From IMG/VR virus record IMGVR_UViG_3300041411_000080, positions 1 to 64,000 of that record: 64,000 bases of DNA, one strand, 5' to 3'. The translations under genes and the position numbers were made by a program. Below are positions 25,360-34,384 of this stretch, in pieces. The notes beneath the pieces were generated by a model. The model was not told the DNA's origin and searched no databases. It saw only the letters and a list, made by a program, of their open reading frames with translations. Positions within the stretch are counted from its first letter, which is position 1. Each line of letters opens with the position of its first letter.

Positions 25360-26088
25360 TTACTCAGGCTTAAACCAAATCCCCGGAATACCCGCTTCAG
25401 CACGGCGACGCATGAGGTATAGGTAATCCCCGCCATCGATACCATCGGTAGTGTCAGGCCATGTCCAATCACCCACTTTAAGACGCTGGTCACCTACACC
25501 CGTATGGATAATAAGATCACCACCGTCAAAACTGGTCTTGAAATGTTTACCGTAGTAAAGTTCGATGTCATCACGGTTGGCACCTGTCCACTGGATAGCT
25601 TCATTATTACAGTAAGCTCGACGTGGGTCCTGAGCGAACTCTTTGAAGATTACAGATATTTTATCCGAGGGGTAAAGATCGTAGTAATCTGGGTTAGTGA
25701 TATTACGAACGTACTCGAGGTAACGTTGAGTACTGTAATAGCATACCCAGTTACGTGGATCAGCCATATGGTCATAGGCTGCTGGATGATGCTCGAAATT
25801 ACGACCCCATTCAGCGATCGCGCCCTCGGTATCGTCAGCAAGGATAGCCTGCTTTTGAACTGGGTCCAGTCGGTTGTAGAGTACCCACAAGAACTTAGCA
25901 GATGGATTGTTGATCATCGGGCGTGATACGTGAACCTTCAGCATTGTAGGAATGCGGTACAGGATACGTCGCTTGACGAAATCGAACTCATCAGCAGGCA
26001 ATGTTAATGGAGCGTTATACATAAACGTGTACAGCTCAGCACGAGCGTGCTCTTCAGTTTGTTGCCAGATACGACCTAGGGTAGCCAT
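25360..26088 (-). CDS. hypothetical protein (242 aa)
   Basis: C-terminal QWTG.N...IIHT..GD...VGDW, a common phage motif. Confidence 0.75.
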   Translation of the reverse strand: MATLGRIWQQTEEHARAELYTFMYNAPLTLPADEFDFVKRRILYRIPTMLKVHVSRPMINNPSAKFLWVLYNRLDPVQKQAILADDTEGAIAEWGRNFEHHPAAYDHMADPRNWVCYYSTQRYLEYVRNITNPDYYDLYPSDKISVIFKEFAQDPRRAYCNNEAIQWTGANRDDIELYYGKHFKTSFDGGDLIIHTGVGDQRLKVGDWTWPDTTDGIDGGDYLYLMRRRAEAGIPGIWFKPE

Positions 26089-26098
26089 GGTATTTTCC

Positions 26099-26194
26099 TT
26101 ATTCGTCAGTTGAAGGGGGTTGGACAGAAGTGGTACTGCCTGACAATAGCAGGCAGGTCACAATGAAGAGTACGATTATCCCGAATGTTACCAT
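26099..26194 (-). CDS. 31-aa single-TM microprotein
   Basis: MVTFGIIVLFIVTCLLLSGSTTSVQPPSTDE; start overlaps the upstream stop; fills the gap. Confidence 0.6.
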   Translation of the reverse strand: MVTFGIIVLFIVTCLLLSGSTTSVQPPSTDE

Positions 26195-26394
26195 TTTCGC
26201 ATCTTCCCACCTGAACCACGTTGATAGAAAGGCTGATCTTTGATCTTACGGTTAGTACGCTCACCGTGATCGTTTTTCATCTCACCTTTATACGCACTAC
26301 CCCAGTGTACACCGCAAAGCTCTTCCAGCTTATCCTTACCGCTTACTCGGCGACCGAAGTTACTGAGATGAATGTCTGACATTAGTCCAAGCAT
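26188..26394 (-). CDS. 68-aa protein with DHGERTN...KDQPFY.RG..GKM C-terminal module
   Basis: TAATG coupling; module shared with the next ORF. Confidence 0.75.
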   Translation of the reverse strand: MLGLMSDIHLSNFGRRVSGKDKLEELCGVHWGSAYKGEMKNDHGERTNRKIKDQPFYQRGSGGKMRKW

Positions 26395-26786
26395 TAGTAC
26401 CCCTTCATCTTACCGTTACGACCACGCATGTAAAATGGTTGGTCTTTTAGTTTGTAGTTGGTGCGCTCACCATGATCTGTTTTGCAGTCAGGGTTAATGC
26501 GGAAGATACCGTCCTCACAACCGGCATCTGGTCCCAACCAATCTTTGTCAAGGTCCTGATGGATTTGCTCTGCCAGAATAAGCTCGGTCATAGTAGAAGC
26601 AATCAACCGACTCCTTGCTCCGAAACCGGTCACCAGTATTGGAGAAGCTACGTACTCCTCCTTTGCAAAGACTGGCATCGGTTCATTACCAGTCACGCAG
26701 ATAATCACATTACTGTCATCGGTGGCAGAGTCGTCGAACGTCATTTCGAGAACCGGTGAAGCGCCGATCGTATTCAAAGAAAGCAT
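26394..26786 (-). CDS. 130-aa protein with DHGERTN...KDQPFY.RG..GKM C-terminal module
   Basis: module shared with 26188..26394. Confidence 0.75.
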   Translation of the reverse strand: MLSLNTIGASPVLEMTFDDSATDDSNVIICVTGNEPMPVFAKEEYVASPILVTGFGARSRLIASTMTELILAEQIHQDLDKDWLGPDAGCEDGIFRINPDCKTDHGERTNYKLKDQPFYMRGRNGKMKGY

Positions 26787-27126
26787 CTATTCGTTCCCTT
26801 TCTTCTGGTGGGAGAACATGCATAGGCATGCGGTTATTTGGATAAGTGAACATACGGTGGCCTGGGCGTGGCTTAGTGGTATAATCCAATACCACGTCGG
26901 TCCACGTTACTACAAAACCACCGAACCATCCAACGATAGGCTTACGTCGCTCAATCTCCTCCCATGTAACTCTGGTGTATCCAGCGTACTCTTTACCGTC
27001 GAGATCATAGAAGCGTTCTTCAACAGTAACTTTACCTAGGAACACACCGAGGTCTTCATCAAAACATTGTTTTAATGCATCCCAAGATGGGATATCTGGA
27101 TTGGAGTCTGAGCTATACGTCTTCAT
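26716..27126 (-). CDS. hypothetical protein (136 aa)
   Basis: ATGA coupling to the RNA ligase stop. Confidence 0.7.
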   Translation of the reverse strand: MKTYSSDSNPDIPSWDALKQCFDEDLGVFLGKVTVEERFYDLDGKEYAGYTRVTWEEIERRKPIVGWFGGFVVTWTDVVLDYTTKPRPGHRMFTYPNNRMPMHVLPPEERERIDAFFEYDRRFTGSRNDVRRLCHR

Positions 27127-28565
27127 TCAGCTGCGGCCTCTTCGGCATCAGTTTCTTTCTCTTTTTGCAACAGGTACTCATTGCTGATGGCCTTGAAAGA
27201 GAAATCACGAGTGGTGGATTTGAATACGATACCTTCACGTTTTACTTCAGGAACGGTTTCGTGTTCGCCATGGATCTCAGCGTAAACACCCTTACCTTTA
27301 GCACGAGCCAATACTTCCTTCAGTGTAGCAGGAAGTACGGTCTCTTCGTTCAACACGTGGATGTATTCCATACCCATGGCTTTAACGATCTCACGGGCTT
27401 CTTTAGGAGCAACCCACAGCTTACCATTACGGTACACTTGGTATACAACGTAACGTGTGTTACCGACCTGCTCATGGTTCTTCTGGATACCCGGACCAAA
27501 CAACTCGCCTTGAACAGTGATCGAGTCGCCATTAGCTTTGTTGTAGGTAGCCAGTTTATCCAGCAACTGGTTATTCAAAGCGTAGCGTACGCAGTTGTCA
27601 TCCTTAGCACGGATAACACGTTTGAAACCAGCGTACCAGAAGTAACGTTTGAACAGGATCTCTTTCAACGCTTCCATTGGAGAGATCTTGCGTTGGCTAA
27701 CTTGACCAACGAAGTGTTTAGCCGTACGGTAAATCCCGCTGAAGCCGCCAGTGAAGGCCAGCATGTTCTGGGCCAAGAATCGACGGATCGTTTGTTCCCA
27801 AGTGAGGTGGATATCCTCCAGACTCATATCGAAGTTACGAGAGCAGACACCATAACGACGGATAGGACCAGCTTCATCCATGTCGTTAATGCTGTAGACT
27901 GTCATCGATTGCCCATCAGCTTTCACAGTCTCTTCAAACAGCTCGCCTTCTTGCGAAGCAGCTGCGAAGTGATGACCGATGTTCTGCACACGTTCTTGAT
28001 CAGACTTGGACAACTGCGAAGGCCAAGCACGGAATGGCGACTCAGCAGGCTTACCCGCAACCCAGCGAACAAAACGCTCGTACCAGCTTACCTCACCTTC
28101 ACGGTTCAGACGACCATCAAAACCATCGGTGTTCAGTACTTGCTCTTCCAGCTTACGTACGCCGAGCCGGTTAGTCAGGTTAGTACCAACCTTCTCTTTA
28201 GCGAACTCTGGTGGAACTGGGATCAACAAACCTTGCGATACTTCACCACGCAGTTTCACAGTACGAATACGAGAGTACACTACGCCATCGAAAGTCTTTT
28301 GACCTTCGCTACGTTCCCCTAGGAAAGACCAGAGTGGATTGGTGATAGGCAACAGAGAATCGATCTCGACATACAGTGCCAGACCACCCTCTTGGAACTC
28401 ACCTTTCTTTACGACACATTGCCACCCACCGACTTTAGCCAACTCAACGAAGTCAGCTTTCTTGATCGGTACGATTGCATCTACTTTAACAACCCGTACG
28501 AGTGCACGAGTGTTTTCTACGACAGCGGAATATTTAACACCAGACATTGTAAACTCCAATAGCAA
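27123..28565 (-). CDS. ATP-dependent RNA ligase (DRB0094/Rnl-type) with N-terminal OB-like domain
   Basis: GWQCVVKKGEF...YVEIDSLLP; motif I KADGQS, III QGELFGPGIQKN, IV REGIVFK, V FKAISNEYL. Confidence 0.85.
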   Translation of the reverse strand: MLLEFTMSGVKYSAVVENTRALVRVVKVDAIVPIKKADFVELAKVGGWQCVVKKGEFQEGGLALYVEIDSLLPITNPLWSFLGERSEGQKTFDGVVYSRIRTVKLRGEVSQGLLIPVPPEFAKEKVGTNLTNRLGVRKLEEQVLNTDGFDGRLNREGEVSWYERFVRWVAGKPAESPFRAWPSQLSKSDQERVQNIGHHFAAASQEGELFEETVKADGQSMTVYSINDMDEAGPIRRYGVCSRNFDMSLEDIHLTWEQTIRRFLAQNMLAFTGGFSGIYRTAKHFVGQVSQRKISPMEALKEILFKRYFWYAGFKRVIRAKDDNCVRYALNNQLLDKLATYNKANGDSITVQGELFGPGIQKNHEQVGNTRYVVYQVYRNGKLWVAPKEAREIVKAMGMEYIHVLNEETVLPATLKEVLARAKGKGVYAEIHGEHETVPEVKREGIVFKSTTRDFSFKAISNEYLLQKEKETDAEEAAAE

Positions 28566-28572
28566 AATAGAA

Positions 28573-28594
28573 AAGGGCTCCCGAAGGAACCCTT
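28573..28594 (-). terminator. intrinsic terminator, cUUCGg loop
   Basis: AAGGGTTCC-TTCG-GGAGCCCTT-TTCTATTTT. Confidence 0.75.
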
Positions 28595-28597
28595 AGG

Positions 28598-28834
28598 TTA
28601 TTTAGGTACGTTTTCTTTATCAAGCCAGTCTGAGATAATTTCATCTGTAACTTCTCGACCTTGCCTGCTGAATAAGGCTTTTACATCGGCAACTGATGCG
28701 AGGATAGGCTCCATACCACTACGGAACTTATCAAGCTGCTTACACTCGTAGTAATACACCCGCTCATCAAGTGTAAGTGGAACACCCTCAGCGATCTTGG
28801 TATCGATCTTAACACGAGTTTCAGTTTTCATCAA
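28598..28834 (-). CDS. hypothetical protein (78 aa)
   Basis: coupled to the thyA stop. Confidence 0.75.
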   Translation of the reverse strand: MMKTETRVKIDTKIAEGVPLTLDERVYYYECKQLDKFRSGMEPILASVADVKALFSRQGREVTDEIISDWLDKENVPK

Positions 28835-30276
28835 ACGGCTACCTTACCGGCGATGTGTGGATGTGATTCATACCCGAGGATAACGAAATCGTCCGGTGTA
28901 ATCTCACGCTGGTCTTTACCATACACTTCGGGCTTGAACAGGATGCGGGGTGTATCGTACGGTTCACGAGTCAGCTGAAGATCAGTTTGTTCCTGATGAT
29001 TCGAATAAATGTGGCAGTCCCCGCCAGTCCAGATGAACTCTTCCGCAGCCATGTTGAACTGGTTAGCGAGTTGGTGAGTCATCAACGAATAGAAGGTGAT
29101 GTTGAACGGCTTACCGAGGAAGGTATCCACCGAACGCTGATACAGATGGCAGCTCAGACCACGGCGTGGTGCCTGTACATTATCAAGCCAACTATGCATG
29201 AACTCTTCAGTGACATCACTTGGCTTATTCAAGGCACACAGACTACTCTTGAAATTTTCCACTGAACGAATCGGTGGCAACCCGCGAGCTGGATCAAATG
29301 CTGCTTGAGCATCTAGTCGGTCTTGATATGCATTGAGGCGTTCTTCCAGATTCAGTTCACGAGTCCAGAACTGGAAGAAGCAGTGGCATGGCGGGAGAGC
29401 CTGATCTTCTACCAGACGTGGGTCCCATGCACAGACGATAATCCGACGGGAGTCAGGACCATTAGCCAGCTGATCCATTACATCTTGCAGTTGGTCAATA
29501 CGACGACGGATAACACATTGGTCAGTCGCAGTATCTGTACCCGGAATGTCTACAACGAAAGTGAAACCACGTTTCTCGTAATCCACCCATTCCAACTTAG
29601 GGATGATACGGACATCATCGATGTTCCGCCACGTCTTACCGTACACTGCACCCAGATCACCACCGATCAAACGTTGTGGTTCGGATTTGAAGAACAGTCG
29701 ATGTAGACGCTTCATGCACTCAAAACCGAAGTTGGTCGCATGGGTAGCATCAGGTGACTCGACTTCTTTCCATTTAACAAGATTAACCTTAACGATCTTC
29801 TTAACGTCTTCACGATCTTTGATGTTAGGGTACTGTGCCCAGAATGCTTCAACTCCTTCAGGACTCAGTTCCGCGAGGAAGCTCTGGATATCCTCAATAG
29901 CGATATCGTTCTCGACGTCGAAGGTAGTGAACACAAGTACCCACTTACCGTCAATGTGCTTATCGATCTTGATGGTAAGATCGTATTCATCCAATGGTGC
30001 GTATTCAGCGGTTTCTGGTTTAACCCATTCGTTCCAGATACGTACACCATTACGGATCAGGTAGTCTACACGAGTATCACCAGAAGACATCCAGATCAGT
30101 TCATGGATTACCGAGTGAAGGTGAATCTTCTTGGTGGTTACCACAGGCAACTTATTGTTACGCAGATCGTAACGTTCGTGTTGACCAAACATGGACTGTG
30201 TGCCAGTACCAGTACGGTCACCTTTAAAGATGCCGAGGTCTTTGATCATTTGAAGCGATTGAAGATACTGATGCAT
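28831..30276 (-). CDS. thyA: thymidylate synthase with three insertions
   Basis: VTTKK, IWNEW, LGAVYG, SRRII..AW, ALPPCH, YQRSVD.FLG.PFN, GDCHIY.NH. Confidence 0.95.
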   Translation of the reverse strand: MHQYLQSLQMIKDLGIFKGDRTGTGTQSMFGQHERYDLRNNKLPVVTTKKIHLHSVIHELIWMSSGDTRVDYLIRNGVRIWNEWVKPETAEYAPLDEYDLTIKIDKHIDGKWVLVFTTFDVENDIAIEDIQSFLAELSPEGVEAFWAQYPNIKDREDVKKIVKVNLVKWKEVESPDATHATNFGFECMKRLHRLFFKSEPQRLIGGDLGAVYGKTWRNIDDVRIIPKLEWVDYEKRGFTFVVDIPGTDTATDQCVIRRRIDQLQDVMDQLANGPDSRRIIVCAWDPRLVEDQALPPCHCFFQFWTRELNLEERLNAYQDRLDAQAAFDPARGLPPIRSVENFKSSLCALNKPSDVTEEFMHSWLDNVQAPRRGLSCHLYQRSVDTFLGKPFNITFYSLMTHQLANQFNMAAEEFIWTGGDCHIYSNHQEQTDLQLTREPYDTPRILFKPEVYGKDQREITPDDFVILGYESHPHIAGKVAV

Positions 30277-30318
30277 GTATTTACCTTTAGTGAATTAGGA
30301 AGGACCACATAAGTGATC

Positions 30319-30723
30319 CTATTGGGTAGAACTTAGACCATGGAAACCTGGGATGTTATGCTCTGGTTCAACCATATCCAAATAAGCAATGTCCTGACTG
30401 AGTTCAGTAGACCGAACCCAGCCAAGCATGTCCGCCAGTGAACCCGCCGTAGCTGCACAGTAGATAGCAGCGTAAGGAACGTTAACCACTTTACCCTCTG
30501 GGAAGGTCACAGCAACGTGATCTTCATTTAATACCGTTCTGGTATTACGGGTGATAGAGCCCAAGGCTAGAGACATAACGTCGGCCCCTTCTGCACCGGT
30601 AATCAATGGCAAAACCTCAGGGGCTAATGCCACTGTAATCCAAAGATCCAGTGGATCGGCTATCATTTCCATCCGCTCGATTGCTTCACCAAGGTGTTGC
30701 TTAACAGCTTCGTCACGAGACAT
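30319..30723 (-). CDS. divergent SspB-like protein
   Basis: VNVPYAAIYCA parallels LEIPYTAVYAA of the neighbour and SspB VSVPLAAVLAI. Confidence 0.45.
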   Translation of the reverse strand: MSRDEAVKQHLGEAIERMEMIADPLDLWITVALAPEVLPLITGAEGADVMSLALGSITRNTRTVLNEDHVAVTFPEGKVVNVPYAAIYCAATAGSLADMLGWVRSTELSQDIAYLDMVEPEHNIPGFHGLSSTQ

Positions 30724-30725
30724 AA

Positions 30726-31898
30726 TTATGCTTCCGCCATGGTTGGAACTTTCTTTGGTTTACCGGTGAGCACTTTCAGCCAAGAAGGACGAGCCTTACG
30801 CTTACCCGGCCAAGTGCATTTGGTTACATCCAGATCAGGGAAGAAGCAGCTATTGCCATTAGCCCCATCGGAACGAAGCTCTGGTTGGGTAGACTTCATG
30901 GCATTCGCTATAACGAACTTATCGGTAGGAGCGAGCTTCTCAAGAGCTTCACGACGAGCCAACTTTTCACGATGTACGGTATCGATCCAAGGCATACTGG
31001 CTTGAGGCTTCTGCTTACCGCCTTCGATTACGGTCCAATTACGATCACGCATTTTAGTTTCCAATGTGTCATGGCCGATCATGCGACCCCATTCACCTTG
31101 TGGTTTAAGGTCAACCTTACCGGGAAAGTTAAGGATGGTAGCGTCACCACTGAAAGTAGCATTGCCCTTATCACCGAAATCAACTTTGAAGACGTTGGTA
31201 TCTTCTTTGATTGGACTAGCCAGTATAACCAACTTACCTTCAGAGTCAACTTTGAAACCATCACATTGAATAGACATACCTTGTTTACGCCATGATTCAT
31301 TCAATGCGTCGATTTCTGCTTGGGTTGGAATTGATACCTCAACCGTAGTACCATCAGTCTTAACTACTGATACAGTCGACTCAGGCGTAGCTACGTCAAT
31401 CGCCGCCAACTCTCGGGCTTTGATATCGGCACGGAGAGCAGCCAACTCTTCATCGGTGATCTCATCAATGCTCTCAACATGACCGTTGTTGAAAGTAATG
31501 CGATGTTTACCATTATCCAGTACTTCGACACCAACTGGTTCGATGCCATCTGGAAGATCCAATTCAACATCACCGTAATCTTCGAAGTAAGGGAAGATGT
31601 TAGGGATACCTGTGGTAGGATCTTCAGCAGCATATACTGCGGTGTAAGGAATCTCCAGTTGGATCTCCTTACCTTGACGACGGGACCAGAAACTGAACGA
31701 CTCATCACCGGTAGTGAAGTGACGGGTAGCATTCGCTGAGATGTTCAAACAAATCATCCCAGAGACGGGGTTCATATCCTCGAGGTAGTCCTTTGGATCG
31801 AACTGTGCAGCCTGTACGTAGATGTGCCATTTGGCAGCATTCTCGGTAACGAACCAATCCAGCAATGCTTGAAACGTAACTTTAGCCATGGGTATCAT
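30726..31898 (-). CDS. sspB: SspB-like ClpXP adaptor with a long acidic linker
   Basis: ALLDWF...LNISANAT...FWSRRQG..QLEIPYTAVYA; C-terminal RPSWLKV resembles the XB ClpX-binding tail. Confidence 0.7.
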   Translation of the reverse strand: MIPMAKVTFQALLDWFVTENAAKWHIYVQAAQFDPKDYLEDMNPVSGMICLNISANATRHFTTGDESFSFWSRRQGKEIQLEIPYTAVYAAEDPTTGIPNIFPYFEDYGDVELDLPDGIEPVGVEVLDNGKHRITFNNGHVESIDEITDEELAALRADIKARELAAIDVATPESTVSVVKTDGTTVEVSIPTQAEIDALNESWRKQGMSIQCDGFKVDSEGKLVILASPIKEDTNVFKVDFGDKGNATFSGDATILNFPGKVDLKPQGEWGRMIGHDTLETKMRDRNWTVIEGGKQKPQASMPWIDTVHREKLARREALEKLAPTDKFVIANAMKSTQPELRSDGANGNSCFFPDLDVTKCTWPGKRKARPSWLKVLTGKPKKVPTMAEA

Positions 31899-31932
31899 GA
31901 TTCTTTCCTCTAGTTAATGTTGCATCCAATGA

Positions 31933-31953
31933 ATAATATAAATCTCAAATAAA
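31933..31953 (-). promoter_or_regulatory. phiKZ-type early promoter
   Basis: TTTATTTGAGATTTATATTAT. Confidence 0.7.
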
Positions 31954-31955
31954 AT

Positions 31956-32174
31956 CTAGTGGTTAGTCGAATGGATGACACATAACAAACTAATAACAAA
32001 TCCTGCCATTGAAAGCCAAGTACAGATATGCCAGCGAAGTTTACCGCCATCATGGAATACGACAGGGTTATTGGGAACAGGTCCTCTCGATTGCCATGTA
32101 AGTTGGATGAATAGGAACATCAGACATATGAACACTAGTGGTGTCAAATGCCACAAGCTAAAATTGTCGAACAT
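31956..32174 (-). CDS. two-TM membrane protein (72 aa)
   Basis: two hydrophobic helices; GGTGA SD. Confidence 0.75.
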   Translation of the reverse strand: MFDNFSLWHLTPLVFICLMFLFIQLTWQSRGPVPNNPVVFHDGGKLRWHICTWLSMAGFVISLLCVIHSTNH

Positions 32175-32201
32175 AAATCACCAAAAAAGAAATAAAAGAA
32201 A

Positions 32202-32223
32202 GCTCCTACCCGAAGGTAGGAGC
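32202..32223 (-). terminator. intrinsic terminator, cUUCGg loop
   Basis: GCTCCTACC-TTCG-GGTAGGAGC-TTTCTTTT. Confidence 0.85.
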
Positions 32224-32232
32224 GATATGCCG

Positions 32233-32661
32233 TTACTGAGGGTTGTAGTCGATGTGACGAGTGGCGTCAATCATATCGAACGCAAGGATGTTAGTAATCT
32301 TACCTGCGGTGGTTTCGTGTTTACGAACCGAGATAGAGAACTCCTTGTGTTTAGGTTCTGTTTGGAGACGCACGAAAGTTTCTGCGAATGGACCGTAAGG
32401 TTCACAAGTAAAACTGACGCTATCCTCAGACCAGACTGGATTGATCAACCGGCAACATACGCGATCCATGTTAACTTCACGCATACGTCGGAACCACCAA
32501 GTGATATCCAGATCCCCACGGATAGGGGAACCGAACTCACAATACACTCCATCCTTAACACATGGCTGCTTAAGGAATTCCTCAAGTGCAATGCGAAAGG
32601 CGGGAGACTTACGGGTCAAATCGATTTCGTAATGCATATTACCCCAGCATGGCTCGTTCAC
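32233..32661 (-). CDS. degenerate T4 gp21-like (S77) prohead-protease-fold protein
   Basis: CEFGSP...DRVC...PYGP...FSISVR...FDMI. Confidence 0.4.
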   Translation of the reverse strand: MNEPCWGNMHYEIDLTRKSPAFRIALEEFLKQPCVKDGVYCEFGSPIRGDLDITWWFRRMREVNMDRVCCRLINPVWSEDSVSFTCEPYGPFAETFVRLQTEPKHKEFSISVRKHETTAGKITNILAFDMIDATRHIDYNPQ

Positions 32662-34375
32662 GGACTTGAGCGAAAGTTACTTCATTAGGGAACTTGCCAT
32701 CTTTGAAGATGACTTTCAGTTCACCCGAGGAAGTATCGATCTCATCAATCCCGAAAGTTTGGTTCTGTTGCAGAACGTAGTCACCTGCTTCATCACGGAC
32801 AACCTTCAGGAAACCTTTAGCCGATTTCTTGTTGGTTTCACCTTCGGTCTTAGGTGCTTTGAACAGTTCAACGAACAGGTCGTCTACTTGAACAGCGGTA
32901 GCTTTAACCGCAAAGCCGAAAGTGTCACGGGTGTTGTGCTGATAGGTGTAAGAACCGATACCCAGTACCCAGTTAGACGATGCAAAGCCTTTCTTCATCA
33001 GGCGACGCATGATCTCTTCGGTACGGGCTACAGTGATCGAGTCACCATAGATCAAGCCGATACGTTCGTGGAGAACTTTGAAGCCTTTCTCGTTGATAGT
33101 ACCACCGAAGGTTTCCCACAGCAGTTCAACTGCACCACGTTGTTCAGGAGTCAGTTCAACAGGAACGTATTCGTACCCATCGCGCTCCAATACAACCTTG
33201 CGGATCTGACCATCGACACTGACGTATTTACCAGTGATAGATTTACCTGCATGAATCATGTCCGAGATTTCAGACACGGTGAAGATCTCAGCGCCACAGA
33301 TTACTTCTACAGGATCACCCGAGTCAGGACGAACCACAACTTTAGCCAGACCGTTAGCATCCGGTTGACGACCGAGGATCTCAGCCTTAATGGATGGGAA
33401 GACGTTGGTCAGAACACCCCAGAAGTCAAAGCTGTCCGATACCAGAGAGATGATCCCTTTAGGTACCTTAACAGTAATGGCTTCAATGATGAACTCACGT
33501 TCTGCTTCCAGCTTCAGGGTATTGAGTTCGTCAGCAGTAAAGTCTGCTTCGGTCTTACCCAGCTCCTTCAGCTTAACAGCCAGACGGTACAGGATGTTCG
33601 AAGTGGCGACGGCGTGTTCGGTAGCTACTACGGAAGCGGCCAGGAACTCTTTGTCAGCATCTGCAAAGTACATGTCTTCAACGAAGTCAATCGCTGGCAG
33701 AGTGTCAGTACCTTTGAAGAACACCAAGTGACCAGCGTTCGAGAATGCAGCTGCTTGTGGGTTGTTGATACCACGCAGTGCAAAGTCGTGACCTTGGAAG
33801 TCAACACCTTCGATTGGAGAACCAGTCAGGTGTGCGAAGTGTTCCAGTACACGGCGATACTCGTAAGCGATGGTGGTGTTGCAGACCATAGCCCAGATCA
33901 ACGAGGACATGAAGGTTTCGAGATAGTTCACAACCCAGTAGAACTCAGGGAGCGTATTGTAGATCACGTAACCCGGAACGTTCATGTTCAGGCGGGAACC
34001 TTCTGGTACCGACAGTACAGTAATAGGCAGGTAACCCAGATCGTGCAGAGCAGCCATGGCTTCGATGTCAACCATACCTTCACCGAGGTAAGTATCCATA
34101 CGACGCTTGTAACGACGGATCACAGTGGCCTTGTCTTTCTTGAAGAAACTGGCATCCCAGATACCGGCAACTTCACGCATTACGGCTTGGATACCAAACC
34201 AAACAACTTTGTGGTCCCAGAACATCGATTGGGACTTAGAACCCAGGAACAAGCGGTCAGCACGTGGAGTACCGTTACCGTAAGCGAAGTTAGTGCCGTA
34301 TGGATACAGAGGACCGTGCCCCATTTTGTAACCATCAGCTACGGTTGGACCAAACAGTTGAAAGTTAGTAGACAT
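32639..34375 (-). CDS. nadV: nicotinamide phosphoribosyltransferase-like protein (Namat-like in the NARP1 context)
   Basis: DGYKMGH, DFALRG, ATEHAV, VSDSFD, VRPDSGDP, IYGDSIT, G.GSYTYQHNTRDTFGFAVKAT. Confidence 0.9.
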   Translation of the reverse strand: MSTNFQLFGPTVADGYKMGHGPLYPYGTNFAYGNGTPRADRLFLGSKSQSMFWDHKVVWFGIQAVMREVAGIWDASFFKKDKATVIRRYKRRMDTYLGEGMVDIEAMAALHDLGYLPITVLSVPEGSRLNMNVPGYVIYNTLPEFYWVVNYLETFMSSLIWAMVCNTTIAYEYRRVLEHFAHLTGSPIEGVDFQGHDFALRGINNPQAAAFSNAGHLVFFKGTDTLPAIDFVEDMYFADADKEFLAASVVATEHAVATSNILYRLAVKLKELGKTEADFTADELNTLKLEAEREFIIEAITVKVPKGIISLVSDSFDFWGVLTNVFPSIKAEILGRQPDANGLAKVVVRPDSGDPVEVICGAEIFTVSEISDMIHAGKSITGKYVSVDGQIRKVVLERDGYEYVPVELTPEQRGAVELLWETFGGTINEKGFKVLHERIGLIYGDSITVARTEEIMRRLMKKGFASSNWVLGIGSYTYQHNTRDTFGFAVKATAVQVDDLFVELFKAPKTEGETNKKSAKGFLKVVRDEAGDYVLQQNQTFGIDEIDTSSGELKVIFKDGKFPNEVTFAQVRERAMLG

Positions 34376-34384
34376 GTAGTTTCC

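Noticed and set aside
26145-26160. CTGCCTG/CAGGCAG hairpin as a terminator
   Set aside because: Lies within the 31-aa TM micro-ORF and has no U tract
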